Below, one piece after another: positions 27,662 to 37,314 of a DNA stretch of 50,804 nt. Under the pieces are notes generated by a model. That model saw only the letters and a program-made list of their open reading frames with translations. It searched no databases and was not told the origin of the DNA. Every line of letters begins with the position of its first letter. Position 1 is the first letter of the stretch. Where the stretch lies: assembly GCA_031271375.1 (NCBI GenBank), contig JAISVU010000175.1:1-50804 (forward strand). Reading direction: 5' to 3'. Made by a program: the position numbers and the translations under genes. Source of the DNA: Clostridiales bacterium (GTDB lineage: Bacteria; Bacillota; Clostridia; Lachnospirales; WRAX01).

Positions 27662-27869
27662 GGGAGTCTTTCGTAGAGCGCGGCCTCCTGGACGCGCCGA
27701 AGCTGGCATTCAATTCAAATCCCGGCGCGTTGCGGGTCAAGCCCGCAATGACGACCTGCGCCCTACATAATTCCCTCGGATATCTTTATGTCGTTACGGG
27801 TTGACTTTACAGGATTTTTATGGTATTTTGTAGTTGGACAAGCGGATAAGCAATGCGAGCGGCTTGTCA

Positions 27870-27991
27870 CAGACGTAGCCGGGCGGGGTCATCCCGCCCG
27901 GCGGGAACATAAGTGGCAAAACGTTGCAAATTCGCGCCTGCAACGGGCGGCATTACGCCGCCCCTACGGGTTGTTGGCATTAAGCGGATTA
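27870..27991. repeat. Copy 1 of a ~120-nt hairpin-rich direct repeat
   Basis: The sequence CAGACGTAG-CCGGGCGGGGTCATCCCGCCCGG...GTGGCAAAACG...GGGCGGCATTACGCCGCCCCTACGGGTTGTTGGCATTAAGCGGATTA aligns base-for-base with 28012-28131, with roughly a dozen substitutions and a 2-nt indel. Confidence 0.8.
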
Positions 27992-28011
27992 GTAATGTGA
28001 TCGGATTGGCG

Positions 28012-28131
28012 CAGACGTAGGGGCGGGGTCATCCCGCCCGGCAGGAGAATAAGTGGCAAAACGGCGCAAATACGCGCCTGCAGCAGGCGGCATAACGCCG
28101 CTCCTACGGGTTGTCGGCATTGAGCGGATAA
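28012..28131. repeat. Copy 2 of the ~120-nt hairpin-rich direct repeat
   Basis: See copy 1. Copy 2 begins 142 nt after copy 1. A degenerate partial third copy is visible at about 27794-27855 (TTACGGGTTG ... TTGGACAAGCGGATAAGCAATG). Confidence 0.8.
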
Positions 28132-28142
28132 GGGGTGGCGGC

Positions 28143-29234
28143 GTGGCAGATAAAATCACAAATGAGGAATTCTCGCGGCTTCTTGAGCGGAAGGCAGAAA
28201 AAGGCGACGCAGAGTTTATATATCGTGTGGCGCAGTGTTATCACGAGGGGTATAATGTCGATAGAAACTATGATGAATCTATAAAATAGGCAAGATTATC
28301 AGCAGAAAAGGGCTACGCCCCGGGCCAGTATATATTGGGAAGGCATTATTATTTGGGGCATGGTGTTAAAACAGATTTTAACGAGGCTGTCAAGTGGTTT
28401 AAAATGTCTTCAGATCAAGGCGATTGTAACGGACAGTTTTTGCTTGCATGGTGTTATATGCACGGTCATGGAGTTTCTCAAAATGACCGCGAAGCCGAAC
28501 GTTTATATAAACTATCTTCGGATCAGGGTTATCCTATCGCACAAGCCTCTCTTGTACGGATGTATCTGAACCTAGGAGAATCATTATGTGAAGCTAACAA
28601 GTCCATTGACAATATTAACACAGCAAAAGAATACTATGAAAAAGCATTAAAAGCTGCCAAAGACTACAACAGATATAGATGGGATGTAAAAGCAAGAATC
28701 GACAAGGGATTAGCTATGACAAACACCAAACTCGAAGAATTCAAAAAAGAAGAGGCAATAGAAGCCCATATTTCACCACGCAAGGATATCTTTATCAGCT
28801 ACTCCCACGAAGATATGCTCTACAAGAACGAGCTTCTCAAACATCTGAAAATGTTCAAATACATATATAACAATACAAAGTGGTGGGATGATTCACAGAT
28901 AGAACCAGGCGCAAAATGGAAAGACGAGATAAAAGCGGCTATGGAGCGAGCCAAAATTATCATTATTATGGGCTCGGTTAGTTTTTTTGCATCTGAATTC
29001 ATACAGGACGAAGAAATTCCTAAAATCCTAGAAGCCGCCGAAGAAGATGAGGCGGTAATACTGTGGCTGCCCGTCGGCACTTGCCTTTATGAAGATACCT
29101 TTGTAGGAAAATACCAGGCGGTATCAGACCCTTCCAAGCCGCTTGAGGATATGAACCCAAGCGACCGCAACAAGGTATATACCGCCCTGCTTAATCAAAT
29201 TAAAGATATATACGGCATTTCTACCGAGGCTTAA
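28143..29234 (+). pseudogene. Sel1-repeat (SLR) + TIR-domain protein, frame interrupted by one in-frame TAG (28287-28289)
   Basis: ORFs 28053-28289 and 28335-29234 share one frame. The probable start is GTG 28143, preceded by an AAGGGGTGG RBS, because the upstream 30 codons merely translate the repeat. Three to four Sel1 repeats are present (AVKWFKMSSDQGD, AERLYKLSSDQGY). The TIR domain spans ~28779-29231 (DIFISYSHED, SVSFFASEFIQDEE). Confidence 0.8.
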
Positions 29235-29335
29235 ACGGCAGCGCAGCCTTTACCTTCCTCTCCATCGCAGCCCCAAAGAACACGGCAGAAATCTCAACTG
29301 AATTAGTTTCCCGTCTCCGGTCATACTAACATCGG

Positions 29336-30688
29336 GTGATTTACATGAAGAGAATAATTGCCGCGCTCTGCGCGGCGCTGATGGTGTGGCCGGGGAGCAT
29401 CTTCAACGCGAGGGACAGGCGGATCGTTGAGCGTCTGAACAGCGACGCGATATACGACAACATCCATATCTCCGGGGTGCCTGTGGGCGGCCTGACTAAA
29501 GACAAGGCAAGGCAAGCCCTGTGCGAACGCTTTCGCGAACTGGAAAACCTGACGGTGACATTAACCGGGGCAAAGGAACCCGTGAGCTTCACGCTGCGGG
29601 AGCTGGGCGGGTTTTACAACGCGGACAGGGCGATTGATGCGGCCTGGAACTACGCGAGGGAAGGCGGAAACGCCGAACGCGTCCGCCAGCTGAACCTCAT
29701 CGCCGAGACCCCTCTCAGCCTTGAGGCCGACTTTATTATTGACGGCGAAAGGCTTGATTCCGTCATTGATTCCCTTTCCAAACGGCTGTACAGCCCTCCA
29801 ACGGAACCGTCCCTGCGTTTTAATAACGGCGTTTTCAGCGTTTCGGATCCTGTATGCGGGTCTGAGGTGGACGCGGCCCGGTTGAAAAAGATGCTTATGG
29901 ATATTTTGACGGCGCGGGAATCCGCGAGTGCGGAGCTGCCGCTGACCGCTGTGAATCCCAAGCTCGCGCCTTCCGACCTGTGGCGGGCGACAAGCCTTTT
30001 GGGTTCCTCCTCCACCGATATGAGCGCAAGCTCTGAAAACCGCGTGAAAAACCTGGCTTTGGCCGCTTCCAGGCTTAACGGTGTAATGATTATGCCGGGA
30101 GAGGTGTTTTCCACAAACGCCGCGCTTAACCCGGGAACGGGCGATAACGGCTACCTGCCCGCGGGTTCGTACCTTAACGGCGAGGTGGTTGATTCCGTTG
30201 GCGGCGGCGTTTGCCAGGCGGCGACGACGCTGTACATGGCCCTTCTGTGCGCGGAGCTGCCCGTAGTGGAACGCCAGAACCATTCGATGCCCGTCGCTTA
30301 CGCGGATTACGGCTTCGACGCAACGCTGGCCGAAGGGTTAATAGATTTGAAATTCAAAAACACAACGGAGCTGCCCGTTACATTAGAATGTTTTATCGCG
30401 GACGGACGGCTGCGGGTTAATATCTACGGGGAGGAAACCAGGCCGTATAACCGCACGCTGCGTTTCGAGAACGAGCTGGTGGAGGTAATGGCCGCGCCGG
30501 AACAGGAAGTGATCAGCGACCCGCTGCTGCCAAAGGACGGATTTGTCGTAGAGGTTAAAGCCAGGGACGGATATGTCTACAAACTATATAAATTGGTGTA
30601 TGTGAATAATGCGCTTGTGAACCGCGTACAGATTAATACCAGCACATACAAGCCCGTCCGGGGAAAGGCGCGCGTCGGGATACGGTAG
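29336..30688 (+). CDS. VanW family protein
   Basis: It has an N-terminal signal/TM segment, and the VanW core contains GGGVCQAATTLYMA. The start may instead be ATG 29345. Confidence 0.8.
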   Translation: MIYMKRIIAALCAALMVWPGSIFNARDRRIVERLNSDAIYDNIHISGVPVGGLTKDKARQALCERFRELENLTVTLTGAKEPVSFTLRELGGFYNADRAIDAAWNYAREGGNAERVRQLNLIAETPLSLEADFIIDGERLDSVIDSLSKRLYSPPTEPSLRFNNGVFSVSDPVCGSEVDAARLKKMLMDILTARESASAELPLTAVNPKLAPSDLWRATSLLGSSSTDMSASSENRVKNLALAASRLNGVMIMPGEVFSTNAALNPGTGDNGYLPAGSYLNGEVVDSVGGGVCQAATTLYMALLCAELPVVERQNHSMPVAYADYGFDATLAEGLIDLKFKNTTELPVTLECFIADGRLRVNIYGEETRPYNRTLRFENELVEVMAAPEQEVISDPLLPKDGFVVEVKARDGYVYKLYKLVYVNNALVNRVQINTSTYKPVRGKARVGIR

Positions 30689-30755
30689 ATATGATTGACT
30701 TGTCCTCCCCTTTGCTGTAAAATAGTAATTAAGAAAGGTGCTGGGGAGGATACGG

Positions 30756-31931
30756 ATGATCTATAAGGCATTCAAGGATTTACAGCTGTCATGGCTTGGC
30801 ATGGGCAATATGCGCCTGCCAGTCGTCGGCGAGCGCGGTCCCATCGACGAAAAGCTGGCAAGCGAGATTATTGATTACGCCTATGCCAACGGCGTTAATT
30901 ATTACGACACCGCCTATATGTATCACGGCGGCCATTCCGAGGAGTTTATAGGCAAGGCCCTGGCGCGGTATCCCAGGGACAGCTTTTACCTCGCTACGAA
31001 GATGCCGGGGCATATTATGCGCCGCGCGGGGGATACGATGGAAGTCGGCGGCACGATGATTGCTAAGAAGACGATATCCGGCCCCGCCGACGTGTTTGAA
31101 GAGCAGCTGGAGAAATGCGGCGTCGATTATTTCGATTTCTATCTGCTGCATAACCTTTCAGAGAGCTCTTACAATTTATACGCCGACGACGAGCTGGGTA
31201 TTATCGAGTATGTCCTTGCCCAGAAAAAAGCGGGGCGCATACGTCACCTGGGCTTCTCCGCCCACGCCTCGGCCGCGACTATCGACAAGTTCCTTAGTAA
31301 ATACGATTGCTTCGAGTTCGTTCAGATTCAGCTCAATTATATGGACTGGATGCTGCAGGACGCCAAAACAAAGTATGAGGTTATTACGAAGCACGGCCTT
31401 CCCGTTGTCGTTATGGAGCCCTGCCGGGGCGGCAAGCTGGCGGCCCCCGGCGAAGCCGCAACCGAGATACTCAGGCAGGCAAGGCCCGGCGACAGCCCGG
31501 CGGCCTGGGCGTTCCGGTTCATACAGTCCCTCCCGAACGTAACCGTAGCCCTCAGCGGAATGACGACGCTGGAGCAGCTTAAAGAGAATGTCGCTCTGTT
31601 CTCCAAAGACGATCCGCTTACTGAGGAAGATAAAACCGTATTGCAAAAGGCGATAGCGGCAATGGCCAGTATCGTGCCCTGCACCGCCTGCCGCTACTGC
31701 TGCGACGGCTGCCCGCAGAAGCTGGATATTCCCAAGCTGATCGGCTTGAACAACGAGGCGTCGTTCTCGCTGTCGTGGCAGGTGACAAACGCCCTGGGCG
31801 CTATGAGCGAAGCGGAAAAACCTTCGGCCTGCGTCTCCTGCGGGGAATGTTCAAAAATCTGCCCGCAGGGCATTGACGTACCCGGCGTGCTGCAAAAATT
31901 CGCCGCAAGGTTAAACAGCGCGGCTTCCTGA
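30756..31931 (+). CDS. Aldo/keto reductase with C-terminal 4Fe-4S-binding extension
   Basis: It has the motifs GMGNMRLP, YDTAYMYHGGHSEEFIGKAL and GFSAH. Two Cys clusters are present: CTACRYCCDGCP and CVSCGECSKICP. A GGAGG RBS lies 6 nt before ATG 30756. Confidence 0.8.
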   Translation: MIYKAFKDLQLSWLGMGNMRLPVVGERGPIDEKLASEIIDYAYANGVNYYDTAYMYHGGHSEEFIGKALARYPRDSFYLATKMPGHIMRRAGDTMEVGGTMIAKKTISGPADVFEEQLEKCGVDYFDFYLLHNLSESSYNLYADDELGIIEYVLAQKKAGRIRHLGFSAHASAATIDKFLSKYDCFEFVQIQLNYMDWMLQDAKTKYEVITKHGLPVVVMEPCRGGKLAAPGEAATEILRQARPGDSPAAWAFRFIQSLPNVTVALSGMTTLEQLKENVALFSKDDPLTEEDKTVLQKAIAAMASIVPCTACRYCCDGCPQKLDIPKLIGLNNEASFSLSWQVTNALGAMSEAEKPSACVSCGECSKICPQGIDVPGVLQKFAARLNSAAS

Positions 31932-31948
31932 TATACCGCAGCCCCCAT

Positions 31949-31984
31949 CTCGGTTCCGGCCCCCGGTTCCGAGTTCTTTTTTCT
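31949..31984 (+). terminator. Rho-independent terminator after the aldo/keto reductase gene
   Basis: The hairpin CTCGGTTCCG-gcccc-CGGTTCCGAG has a 2x2 internal mismatch and is followed by TTCTTTTTTC. Confidence 0.5.
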
Positions 31985-31985
31985 A

Positions 31986-32015
31986 TTGATTAACATTTAT
32001 AGTATGTAGTATAAT
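31986..32015 (+). promoter_or_regulatory. Sigma-A-type promoter candidate for asp23-yloV-recG
   Basis: TTGATT (31986-31991), an 18-nt spacer and TATAAT (32010-32015) lie 32 nt upstream of the GTG start, with a GGGAGG RBS. Confidence 0.4.
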
Positions 32016-32047
32016 AAGACTTGGACTTTTGTATGGGAGGTAGTTAA

Positions 32048-32404
32048 GTGGCCGGAGGCGTCCGAAACCAATATGGAGAGATAGCGATAGGCAACGAGGT
32101 AATAGCGCGGATAGCGGGCCGGGCAGCGATGGAGTGCTACGGCGTCGTCGGCATGGCCGCGAAGAATGTGAAAGACGGCATCGCAAGGCTTTTGAAGAAG
32201 GAAAGCCTTACAAAGGGTATACGCCTCACAGCGGAGAATAACGAGTTGAGTATCGACCTCCATGTGATAATGCTGTATGGCACGAGCATTTACGCCATCT
32301 GCAACTCGCTGATCGACTCGGTCAAGTATAAAGTGGAGCAATACACAGGATTAACCGTAAAAGCCGTCAATGTTTTTGTGGACGGTCTGCGGGTGGAGAA
32401 TTGA
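32048..32404 (+). CDS. Asp23/Gls24 family envelope stress protein
   Basis: It contains GEIAIGNEVIARIAGRAAMECYGVVGM, is 118 aa long, and has the conserved position before yloV-recG. Confidence 0.85.
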   Translation: MAGGVRNQYGEIAIGNEVIARIAGRAAMECYGVVGMAAKNVKDGIARLLKKESLTKGIRLTAENNELSIDLHVIMLYGTSIYAICNSLIDSVKYKVEQYTGLTVKAVNVFVDGLRVEN

Positions 32405-32423
32405 TAACCCGGGAGGGCTGTAA

Positions 32424-34067
32424 TTGAAAAAGTGGAGGCTTAACGGGCGGATGCTTAAAACGGCGGTAATAGCCGGGGCCAACGCCCTTTACGAAAGAAA
32501 ATCGGAGATCGACGCGTTGAACGTCTTCCCTGTCCCGGACGGTGATACGGGAACCAATATGTACCTGACCGCTCTGTCCGCCGCGATAGACGTGGAAAAG
32601 CTCCCCAGGGAAGCGACGGTTCATGCCGTCGCGAAGGCCGCGGCTACAGGGGCTTTACGCGGGGCGCGGGGCAATTCAGGGGTTATCCTGTCGCAGCTGT
32701 TCCGCGGCTTCGCAAAGGGTTTTGAGGGCATGGAATCCGCAAGCTGCGAAAACCTGGCCTCGGCGCTGAACGCCGCGGTTGAAACGGCATACAAAGCTAT
32801 AATGAAGCCCAAAGAAGGCACGATCCTCACTGTGGCCAGGGAGACGGCGGGGAAGGTTCAAGAGCTGCATAATGAAGGCGTCGCTCCGTGCAAGCTGTTT
32901 GAGCAAAGCATCACATACGGGCAGGACATTTTGTCGAGGACAAAGGAAATGCTGCCGGCGCTCAAAGCCGCCGATGTGGTGGACGCCGGGGGTATGGGTT
33001 TTATTACGATTATTGAAGCCGCTTACGAGGCCCTTGCCGGGCGGAAGCCGGATCAGCCCGTTCTTGAGATTGCCGATCATACGGAACGTTCAGACGAGGT
33101 AAGCGGCGCCTTCAGGGCTCTTAACCGCTTCTCAACCGACACGATTGAGTTCGCTTACGACACGGAGTTTTTTATCTTTACCGATGGCGCGAGCGAACCC
33201 TTCGAAGAGGCGTTCGTAGAATACCTGGACACAATGGGCGATTCCATTGTCACCGCCGCCGAGGAGAATTACATCAAGGTTCATGTTCATACAAACAGAC
33301 CCGGCGCGGTGCTGGAAAAGGCGCTAACAATCGGAGCGCTGGACCGGGTGAAGGTCGAAAACATGCGTTTCCAGCATGAGGAAAAGACGGCGGAAGCGGC
33401 GGCGTATAAACCAACCGGTTTCATCGCGGTTGCCGGTGGCGAGGGATTCAAGGAGATATTCCGGAGCCTGGGGGCGGATTATGTCATTGAAGGCGGCCAG
33501 ACGATGAACCCCAGTTCCGAAGACTTCCTCAACGCCATCTACTGCGTCCCCGCCAAAGAGATCGTTGTTCTCCCAAATAATAAAAACGTAATACTCGCGG
33601 CACGTCAGGCAGGGGAACTATGCAAGGAAAAGACCATCTATGTCATTCCGACGCGTTCGATGCCGCAAGGCCTCACGGCGCTTATGTCCTATATACACGA
33701 TGAAGGAACCGCCGAAAACGCCGCCAATATGGAAGATGCAATAAATAATATCCATACGGCCCATATTACCACCGCGGTACGCAGCACGGTTATCGACGGC
33801 ATCAGCGTGACAAAGGGCGACGCGATAGGCATTGTGGACGGCGAAGTGACCCTTAGCCATAAAAACATGAACGAGGCGGCGCGCCGCACCGCCGAAAAAC
33901 TCATAACGGACGATACGAGCTTTGTTACCATATATTACGGCGAGGACGCGAAGCCGAAGGACGCGGACAAACTAATGGAGTATATTAAGAAGCGCTATCC
34001 CGCCTGCGAGGTTGAGGTTCAAAGCGGCGGCCAGCCCGTGTACCGCTATATCCTGTCCGCCGAATAA
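32424..34067 (+). CDS. yloV: DAK2 domain-containing protein YloV (TTG start)
   Basis: It has the DAK2 signature LNVFPVPDGDTGTNM. The C-terminal DegV-like half and the synteny with recG support the call. Confidence 0.85.
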   Translation: MKKWRLNGRMLKTAVIAGANALYERKSEIDALNVFPVPDGDTGTNMYLTALSAAIDVEKLPREATVHAVAKAAATGALRGARGNSGVILSQLFRGFAKGFEGMESASCENLASALNAAVETAYKAIMKPKEGTILTVARETAGKVQELHNEGVAPCKLFEQSITYGQDILSRTKEMLPALKAADVVDAGGMGFITIIEAAYEALAGRKPDQPVLEIADHTERSDEVSGAFRALNRFSTDTIEFAYDTEFFIFTDGASEPFEEAFVEYLDTMGDSIVTAAEENYIKVHVHTNRPGAVLEKALTIGALDRVKVENMRFQHEEKTAEAAAYKPTGFIAVAGGEGFKEIFRSLGADYVIEGGQTMNPSSEDFLNAIYCVPAKEIVVLPNNKNVILAARQAGELCKEKTIYVIPTRSMPQGLTALMSYIHDEGTAENAANMEDAINNIHTAHITTAVRSTVIDGISVTKGDAIGIVDGEVTLSHKNMNEAARRTAEKLITDDTSFVTIYYGEDAKPKDADKLMEYIKKRYPACEVEVQSGGQPVYRYILSAE

Positions 34068-36061
34068 TGTTCCGCATTGACGACCCTGTAACGGTGTTAC
34101 GAAGCGTCGGTCCCGCGAGGCTCGGTACGCTGAGACGTTTGAGCCTTTGCACCATCGGGGATTTGGTGAACCATTTCCCCAGGGACTACCGGGACAGGAG
34201 CGTAATAACGGCGATAAGGGATTTGGAACCCGGAATCCCCGCAACGGTTGTGGCGGAGGTTAAAAAATCACCGGATGTCCGCATAAAACATAAGATGACA
34301 ATAACCACGGCGGAGATATGCGACAATTCCGGAGTTATGGATATTACCTGGTATAACCAGCCCTTTATGAGAAACGCGCTGAAACCGGGGAAATACGTCT
34401 TCTCCGGCGAACCTTCGTGGTTTCACGGGCGCATGACGATGGAGCAGCCGGAATACGAGGCAGTCACAGGCAAGGAACTGCTGTCTGGGGCGCGTATCGT
34501 TCCGGTCTATCCGCTTACAGAGGGCATATCCCAGAAGATGATGCGGATGTGGCAGAAGGAAGCCCTGGACGGCCTTCCGCCCATTGAAGAAACCCTGCCA
34601 GCCGGGCTTTTGCGTGAATATAATTTAATGAATAGGGACGCGGCAATACGCAATATACATTATCCCGAAAGCCCGGCGGCCTTTAACAGCGCCAGGCGCA
34701 CGCTGGCCTTCACCGAGCTGTTCAACCTGCAAGCCGCCTTGTTCCGCGCCAGGGGCGTTGTTAAGAAACGCGAGGGGATAAGGCTTGACGATATAGATAT
34801 CAGCCCCTTCACCGAGCGCCTGGGGTTTACCTTCACGGGCGCGCAAAGCAAGGTTCTTGCCGAGATACAGGCGGACACCTGCTCGGGCTATATGATGAAC
34901 CGTTTGATCCAGGGAGACGTGGGTTCCGGCAAGACGGCGGTGGCAATGGCCGCAATGTACATGACCGTAAAAAGCGGCAGGCAGGCGGCGCTTATGGCCC
35001 CGACGGAGACGCTGGCCCGCCAGCATTACACTTACATGAAGGAGCTGTTTGAGCCGCTGGGCATATCCGTCGCGCTCCTTACAGGCTCCCTTGCCGCGAA
35101 AACGAAGAACGCGGTTAAGAAAGACCTGGCCTCGGGTATTGTCGATATAGCGGTAGGCACCCACGCCTTGATTGTGGACAACGTGTCGTTCGCCGCGCTG
35201 GGCCTTACGATATGCGACGAGCAGCACCGCTTCGGCGTGCGCCAGCGCGGGGCGCTGAACGAAAAAGGCCCTGCTCCGCATGTGCTGGTAATGACGGCGA
35301 CGCCGATCCCGCGGACTTTGGCGTTAATCCTTTACGGCGACCTGGATATATCCGTCATCGACGAGCTGCCCCCGGGCAGGACGCCGATAAAGACCAACGC
35401 GGTAACGTCGCAGTATCGCCAGCGTATATTTAACTTTATCAAAAATCAAACGGACGAAGGCCGTCAGGCCTATATCGTCTGCCCTGTGATAGAAGAGAAC
35501 GAGAGGGATTTGCAATCCGTAAAGACCTACGCCGCCGGGTTCGCCGCCGCCACGGGCCTAAGCCCGGCCATCCTGCACGGAAGGCTTAAGCAAGATGAAA
35601 AAAACGCGGTTATGGAGGGTTTCTCAAGCGGGGATATCCCCGTATTGGTGGCCACGACGGTTATTGAGGTGGGGATTAACGTCCCCAACGCTTCGATCAT
35701 GCTGATTGAGAACGCCGAACGCTTCGGCCTGGCCCAGCTGCATCAGCTCAGAGGCCGCGTAGGGCGCGGGGCCGCCCAGTCTTACTGCGTATTGGTTACG
35801 GACGCATGGAACGAGATAACGAAAAAGCGCATGAAGGCAATGACCTCCACCACCGACGGTTTCGCCTTGTCAGACCTTGACCTGAGCATCCGGGGCCCCG
35901 GCGATTTCTTCGGCACGCGCCAGCACGGCCTGCCCGAAATGCGCGTCGCCAACCTATACAAGGACGGGGATATATTGAAGGAGGCGCAAGCGGCGGCGAG
36001 GAAATATTATAGAGAAATAGAGACGGGAGACGAGAACCAAGAACTCAGATGGTTACTTTAA
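34067..36061 (+). CDS. recG: ATP-dependent DNA helicase RecG
   Basis: It has a wedge domain, Walker A GDVGSGKT, DEQHRFGV, and motif VI QLHQLRGRVGRG. Confidence 0.95.
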   Translation: MFRIDDPVTVLRSVGPARLGTLRRLSLCTIGDLVNHFPRDYRDRSVITAIRDLEPGIPATVVAEVKKSPDVRIKHKMTITTAEICDNSGVMDITWYNQPFMRNALKPGKYVFSGEPSWFHGRMTMEQPEYEAVTGKELLSGARIVPVYPLTEGISQKMMRMWQKEALDGLPPIEETLPAGLLREYNLMNRDAAIRNIHYPESPAAFNSARRTLAFTELFNLQAALFRARGVVKKREGIRLDDIDISPFTERLGFTFTGAQSKVLAEIQADTCSGYMMNRLIQGDVGSGKTAVAMAAMYMTVKSGRQAALMAPTETLARQHYTYMKELFEPLGISVALLTGSLAAKTKNAVKKDLASGIVDIAVGTHALIVDNVSFAALGLTICDEQHRFGVRQRGALNEKGPAPHVLVMTATPIPRTLALILYGDLDISVIDELPPGRTPIKTNAVTSQYRQRIFNFIKNQTDEGRQAYIVCPVIEENERDLQSVKTYAAGFAAATGLSPAILHGRLKQDEKNAVMEGFSSGDIPVLVATTVIEVGINVPNASIMLIENAERFGLAQLHQLRGRVGRGAAQSYCVLVTDAWNEITKKRMKAMTSTTDGFALSDLDLSIRGPGDFFGTRQHGLPEMRVANLYKDGDILKEAQAAARKYYREIETGDENQELRWLL

Positions 36062-36147
36062 GCAAGACACGGCTTCAGGACACGCTGATGACGATTGTAT
36101 TATGGAAAGTATATTAACGTTTTAGCAACTTTAAGGAGGTATAAACT

Positions 36148-37314
36148 ATGCAAGATGTTTTTATAACAAAGATTCATATTGATAAAGTCCGGCATTTGGA
36201 GAATCTTGATATTGATTTATCCGCTCCTGGTGAGGAGCGAAAGCATCTTATACTCACTGGGAAGAATGGCAGCGGGAAGACGAGCGTGCTCTTGTCATTG
36301 AAGAATCTCATTTTTTCAGGGCAATATTATAAAGATGTGAACTATATTACTTCACCTAATGATTCAAACCATATGTCACGTATTAAATCTTTGATGCAAG
36401 TTTATAATCAATATGTGCCAAACATCAAGGTAAATTTTTCAAATGAAACCAATGCCTTGATGGAAACTATATTTATTTATATACCTGTTAACCGTATGGA
36501 TTTGGCGACACCAACCTCTATAGAGCAAATTGATATGCAAAGCAAGGTTGAAATTGTGAATAGCTTAAGCATGGATTTTTATAAATACATGCTTAACCTT
36601 GATTATCAGCGAAGTGGTGCTTTTGTTGATAAAAACACAGAGTTATTAGGTAAGCTCAACATGTGGTTTAACCGATTTACTGAAGCGGTGCGTGAGATAT
36701 ATAACTGTAATGATCTTAATATCCGCTACTCAAGAGACAAATTACGTATTGAGTTTGATATCCCTGGGCGTGAGCGTTTTTCACTTACAGAAATGTCTGA
36801 CGGTTATAAGGCGCTGCTAAATATATATATGGAATTGCTTATGCGTTTCGGAGATAATGAGGGTAATATTGACTTTGATTTAGCTGCCGTTGTGCTTATA
36901 GATGAATTAGAAACCCACCTCCATGTCGAACTTCAAAAGCGCGCGCTTCCGTTCCTCACTAAAATGTTCCCCAACGCCCAATTCATTGTGACGACACACT
37001 CGCCATTTGTGATAACATCGTTGCCTGACGCCGTTGTATATGACTTGGAAAAAAGAGAGACCCTGGAAAATCCCAGCCTGTATTCATACGAATCCGTAGT
37101 GGAATCCTTTCTTGACACAGGTTCTTATTCCCAGGCGCTTCGCGATTACTTCAACAGATACAAGGAACTGAGCTTCAAAGAGCGGACGCCGGAGGAAAAT
37201 GAGGAATTCTTGCGGGCCAAGACCGAGCTTGAACTGATGTCCCCCGCGTCTAAGGAGCTGTATATCGCGTTCACAAACCTTGAAAAGGAACGAAAGGCTA
37301 AAAAGAATGGTTAA
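36148..37314 (+). CDS. Soluble ABC/SMC-type ATPase (AAA_15/AAA_21-like), PtuA-like
   Basis: It has Walker A GKNGSGKTS (K44), the signature-like MSDGYKALL, Walker B VVLIDELETHLH and H-loop VTTHSP. It has no TM segments. An AAGGAGG RBS lies upstream. The gene is AT-rich, with 18 G+C in the 60 nt at 36148-36207. Confidence 0.8.
   Translation: MQDVFITKIHIDKVRHLENLDIDLSAPGEERKHLILTGKNGSGKTSVLLSLKNLIFSGQYYKDVNYITSPNDSNHMSRIKSLMQVYNQYVPNIKVNFSNETNALMETIFIYIPVNRMDLATPTSIEQIDMQSKVEIVNSLSMDFYKYMLNLDYQRSGAFVDKNTELLGKLNMWFNRFTEAVREIYNCNDLNIRYSRDKLRIEFDIPGRERFSLTEMSDGYKALLNIYMELLMRFGDNEGNIDFDLAAVVLIDELETHLHVELQKRALPFLTKMFPNAQFIVTTHSPFVITSLPDAVVYDLEKRETLENPSLYSYESVVESFLDTGSYSQALRDYFNRYKELSFKERTPEENEEFLRAKTELELMSPASKELYIAFTNLEKERKAKKNG

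Noticed and set aside
27870-28131. Possible CRISPR array or protein-coding ORFs (27788-28000; the 5' 30 codons of ORF 28053-28289) in the repeat region
   Set aside because: There are only ~2.5 copies of a ~120-nt unit, separated by about 20 nt, and no cas genes. The unit is far too long and too structured for CRISPR repeats. The ORFs are simply translations of the repeat, for example RGHPARREHKWQN in one copy and no coherent protein overall.
29561-31684. Antisense and overlapping ORFs within the VanW and aldo/keto reductase genes (29561-30283, 29650-30114, 31060-31542, 31176-31646 and others)
   Set aside because: These are alternate-frame or opposite-strand shadows of well-supported genes, with no motifs, no RBS and biased composition.
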